Below the pieces are notes generated by a model. It was not told the DNA's origin. It did not search any database and saw only the letters and a program-made list of their open reading frames with translations. Positions 60,341-64,000 of a stretch of DNA of 64,000 bases are shown piece after piece; position 1 is the first letter of the stretch, and every line of letters begins with the position of its first letter. The DNA is taken from positions 124,001 through 188,000 of the forward strand of contig NW_025767212.1 in assembly GCF_003918875.1 (NCBI RefSeq). Reading direction: 5' to 3'. The stretch comes from Haliotis rubra (taxonomy: Eukaryota). The position numbers were made by a program, and so were the translations under genes.

Positions 60341-63300
60341 GTTTTCGGCATGCGTACCGGACCTACGAGGAGGTCTACCGGTTAACACCACCATTTGCCC
60401 TCATCGCTTGCCATGCATGCGCGTACCCGGACCAACGAGGAGGTCTACCGGAACGCCATGCAGCAGGTGCGGGTCGTGGTCCATGAGGCCTACCTCGCGC
60501 GCGACTCCTTGCGGTCAGTTGCGTCGACGGTGATGTGCGCAGTCATGGGGATGCACAAGCTGTGGCTGTCGACGTCTAGGTACTCGGCAGCTACACAGCA
60601 GACTTTGCTGGCCCTTCCCTACCGTCTGGGAGCGACGTTGTTTCCTGGGGCCCAGCAGGTCATATGGAGGCTGCCGCTGCAGCTACCTCCTTCAAGGACT
60701 CTAAGGCCTTGTTGGAGCACCAGCGAGGTTCGCCCCGGCCTCCCGTTCAACCTTCCTCCGCTGGGTGCAGCCTACACCCGAGTCCGCTGGCTGGCCGCCG
60801 CTTGGTGGCGGAGGAACGGGTCCGCCAAGGGTAAGGGCAAAGAGCAGTCCTCTTCAACTAGCTCCCAGCCAGCATTTTGGCGCGTGAGCGGGAGGTCTGC
60901 CCCGACCTCCGTTAACCCATCAGGCTGTAGACCCAGCCGTGTGTCATTCCCAGTCAGCTCCGCTACTCGGGACCCACGAACGCTCTTACCCAACGTCCCA
61001 GTGGGGAGTCCGCCTCTCTATTCCTGCCGGTGGGAGAAGGCTACAAACAACACTTGGGTGCTGGCCACCGTCAGTGTCGGCCATTTACCATGGTGGAAGC
61101 GAGGTCCGCCCGACTTCACCGGCATACGCTGCACTCCGTGCGCCGCCATGTCAGGTAAGCGGACATATTGCGCGACGAAGTTCAGGCTTTGCTGGACAAG
61201 TCCGCGAATCGGCGCGATACCACTGGGCGAGGAACAGGCGGAGTTTACTCCACGTGCTTCCTCGTCCTAAGAAGAAAGACGGCGGTTCCGCCCCATTCTC
61301 AACCTCAAGGGGTTGAATCGCATGCTTCGAAAGTTCCATCCTTCAAGATGGAGACACTGCGCCGGTGATCTCCTCTGTTCAGCCCGGGCGATTGGCTCAC
61401 GCCAATCGACCCTCAGGATGCGTGATCTGCATGTGCCCATACATCCATCGTTCAAGCAGTACCTTCCGGTTCTCTTCACGACGGGATGTGTTACCAATTC
61501 ACGGTGCTCCCCTTCGGCATATCGACTGCCCCAAGGGTGTTCACCAAGCTCATGTTAGTCCGGCTACCGCCGCCGCTCGCAAGGAAGGCGTTGTTACCCT
61601 TACCTCGACGACTGGTTGCTCGGCGCACTAACACAGCCAGCGAGCCTAGATGCTACTCACACGGTGATAGACATTCTAGTTCGACTGGGGTGGATCATCA
61701 ACCTCAAGAAATCCGACCTGGTACCCACCCAGGACTTGGTTTTTCTCGGGGTGAGGTTCCAAACACACAAGGATCTCGTTTCCTTGTAAGCCCGACCGGG
61801 TCACCAGAGTGCGGGGAGATGGTGTCTTCGTTCCTTTCCCAGCCCCAGGCACCAGCACGGACTTGGCTCCGTCTACTGGGCCATATGGCGGCGGCGACGA
61901 TCTCTGTAGTGTGGCGGTGGCGGTTGAGGATGCCCTCTACAGCAAGCTTTGGCGAGTCTGTGGGCTCACTCGAGGAGGACCTGGAGCGAGTCTCACAGTC
62001 CCCGGGTGGTTGACACCCTCACCTTCAGTGGTGGACCAATGTCGGGGAATCTCACCAGGGGATCCCTTGGAAATCGGACGCCAGCTCTTACAGTTCAGAC
62101 CGATGCGTCCCTCACGGGCTGGGGGTGTTCTGGGCAGTCTGTCGGTGTCCGGACTCTGGTCCGAAGCGAAGCCCACCTTCACATCAACGTGTTGGAACTG
62201 AGAGCTGTCGCGGTTGGTTTTCGAAGCGCTTCGAGAGCATGTCCAGGGCCAGGTGGTTCGTCTTCAGTTGGACAACCAGGCGGCCATGTCGTACATCCTG
62301 AAGCAAGGCGGCACGGTGTCCCGGCTCCTCCCGGGAGACATGGGACTTTCTCCTCTGGTGCGACCAGTCGCATTGTCAGGTACTCCCTGTTTATCTCCGG
62401 GCTGGAGAACGGGCGAGCAGGCGCTCTCGCCGGATCCTGGCCCCCGCACGTAGTGGATGCTCGACAGGCAGATATTCAGAGTTATCTCCCAGTTGTACGG
62501 GTCGCTCCAGGTGGATCTGTTTGCGTCCGGCGGGACGAATCAGACACCCGTGTTCTGCTCTCGAATACCCGGACCTGAGGGCGGCTACTGCCGACGCCTT
62601 CCTGCTGGATTGGGACGGGCAAAGTGCTTTCATGCGTTCCCACCGTTACCACTCATTCCCCGTGTCCTTTCACAGCTGTCCACCCAGCCAGCTCGGCTGC
62701 TTGTGCTACTGGCACCGCTTTGGCTGTCACAGAGCTGGTTTCCGTAATTCTCAGGTTTCTGGCTCAGCCTCCTGTTCTATTACCTTTACGACGGACATTC
62801 TCACTCAGAACGGAGCTTCCCCACCCCAATCCAAGGATTCAGTGGGTGGCTTGGCCTCTGTCAGGTCTAGCCTCGAGGCACGCGGAATTCCTGCAGCAGT
62901 TGCAGACACAATTCTGGCTTCGGTAGGGATTCGACAAACGCTCAGTATGAGGATAGGTGGTCCCGCTATGGCGCTGCTGGTGTTCAGATAGGGGATTGCA
63001 GATCCCTTTTCTGCGGATTTAGTCCAGTATTGGAGTTTTGCAAGCCCGTTTGGAAGAAGGCCTGGTGGCTTCGACCATTCGTGGCTACTCCACCGCTATT
63101 TCCACTTTTCACACCCCTGTCGATGGTGCTCTTCTGGGGCAGCACCCTCTCGTGACAGCTTTTAGCTGGCGCTGATCGGGTTCGACCTGCTGTCAGGCTT
63201 AACCAGTCCACCTTGGGATTTGTCAATTGTGCTCGATTGGCTGTCCAGTCCCACTTTCTCACACCTATCAGCTATTTCCATTCAGTTGTTAACTTGGAAG

Positions 63301-64000
63301 GCTGTTTTTCTGGTGGCGGTAACATCTGGGCTTAGGGTTGGCGATTTACATGCTATGTCGTCCGAACCGGGCGCTGACTGTGCTTCACACTGATCGTGTC
63401 AGTATTAAGCCTCCGGATACATGCACCGCACGAAGGTCGATCACGCTTTCCATGTGACAGCTCCTATCGAACTTCCCACTCTTACCCAGCCTTCCACATC
63501 GGGGACCTCTGCAACGAGCACTCACCCGTTGGATGTCCGTGAAGACACTCAAGGTCTATATCAAAGCTAACGCAGGGAATCCGTGACGGGTACCCAGCTG
63601 TTCTGTTGTTACAGTGGCGGGAAGGCTGGTGTGCGGGCGCAGCAAGCAGACTTTGTCTCGCTGGCTAGTTTCGTGTATTTGTGCCGCTTATCAGGCTAAG
63701 GGCAAGCCTCCCCCTGAGGGGTTGAAGGCTCACTCGGTCAGGGCAGTAGCCGCATCAAAAGCTTTTGCATCGGCACTCCCCATTGAAGAGATCTGCTCTG
63801 CCGCTATTTGGAGCCGGCCTAGCACGTTTATTCGGCATTATCAGCTCGATACACATTCCCGTAATCGTGCGAGCTTTGGCCGTTCTGTTCTCTCCAGTGG
63901 ACAGTGTCCTGCCACCCTGACCGAGTGAGTCTTGGTTCATTGGTTTTTGTTGACGCTGCTGGTCAATACTGAGTTTTATTGACATGTCCGCTTCTGGGAG
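60341..64000 (+). mobile_element. Second, 5'-truncated, indel-rich copy of the same DIRS element (corresponds to ~56050-59697)
   Basis: Near-identical to gag 3' end, pol and YR of copy 1; differences are mostly small indels; runs off the window. Confidence 0.85.

Overview
AT-rich (intron-rich) animal genomic DNA. The SINE repertoire suggests a mollusc, probably a gastropod such as abalone; this is inference. Four host genes: (1) the 3' four coding exons of an NHS/GUK-holder-family actin regulator (+, 4917-13350); (2) a single-coding-exon gene with ~23 C2H2 zinc fingers (+, 21982-25027); (3) a complete 30-exon POLR3B/RPC2 (-, 27706-48544); (4) the first five coding exons of RTN4IP1 (+, 49310-53681), head-to-head with POLR3B. 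An RTN4IP1 intron holds a near-complete DIRS1-type tyrosine-recombinase retrotransposon (ITRs, ICR, gag, RT/RNaseH/methyltransferase-like, YR; ~54205-60340), followed directly by a partial second copy. Introns contain at least four SINE families, MITEs, MULE and L2 relics, and tiny TSD-flanked Penelope-derived hairpins, one with an intact hammerhead core. Frameshifts in the essential POLR3B show the assembly is indel-noisy, so apparent pseudogenisation is not trusted. Best candidates for something new: a pseudoknotted, possibly catalytic RNA head on a non-tRNA SINE family; a predicted spliceosomal intron in the DIRS gag; hammerhead-bearing mini-Penelope hairpins; and repeated tandem duplication of splice sites at exon edges. 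None is established as a new system from sequence alone.
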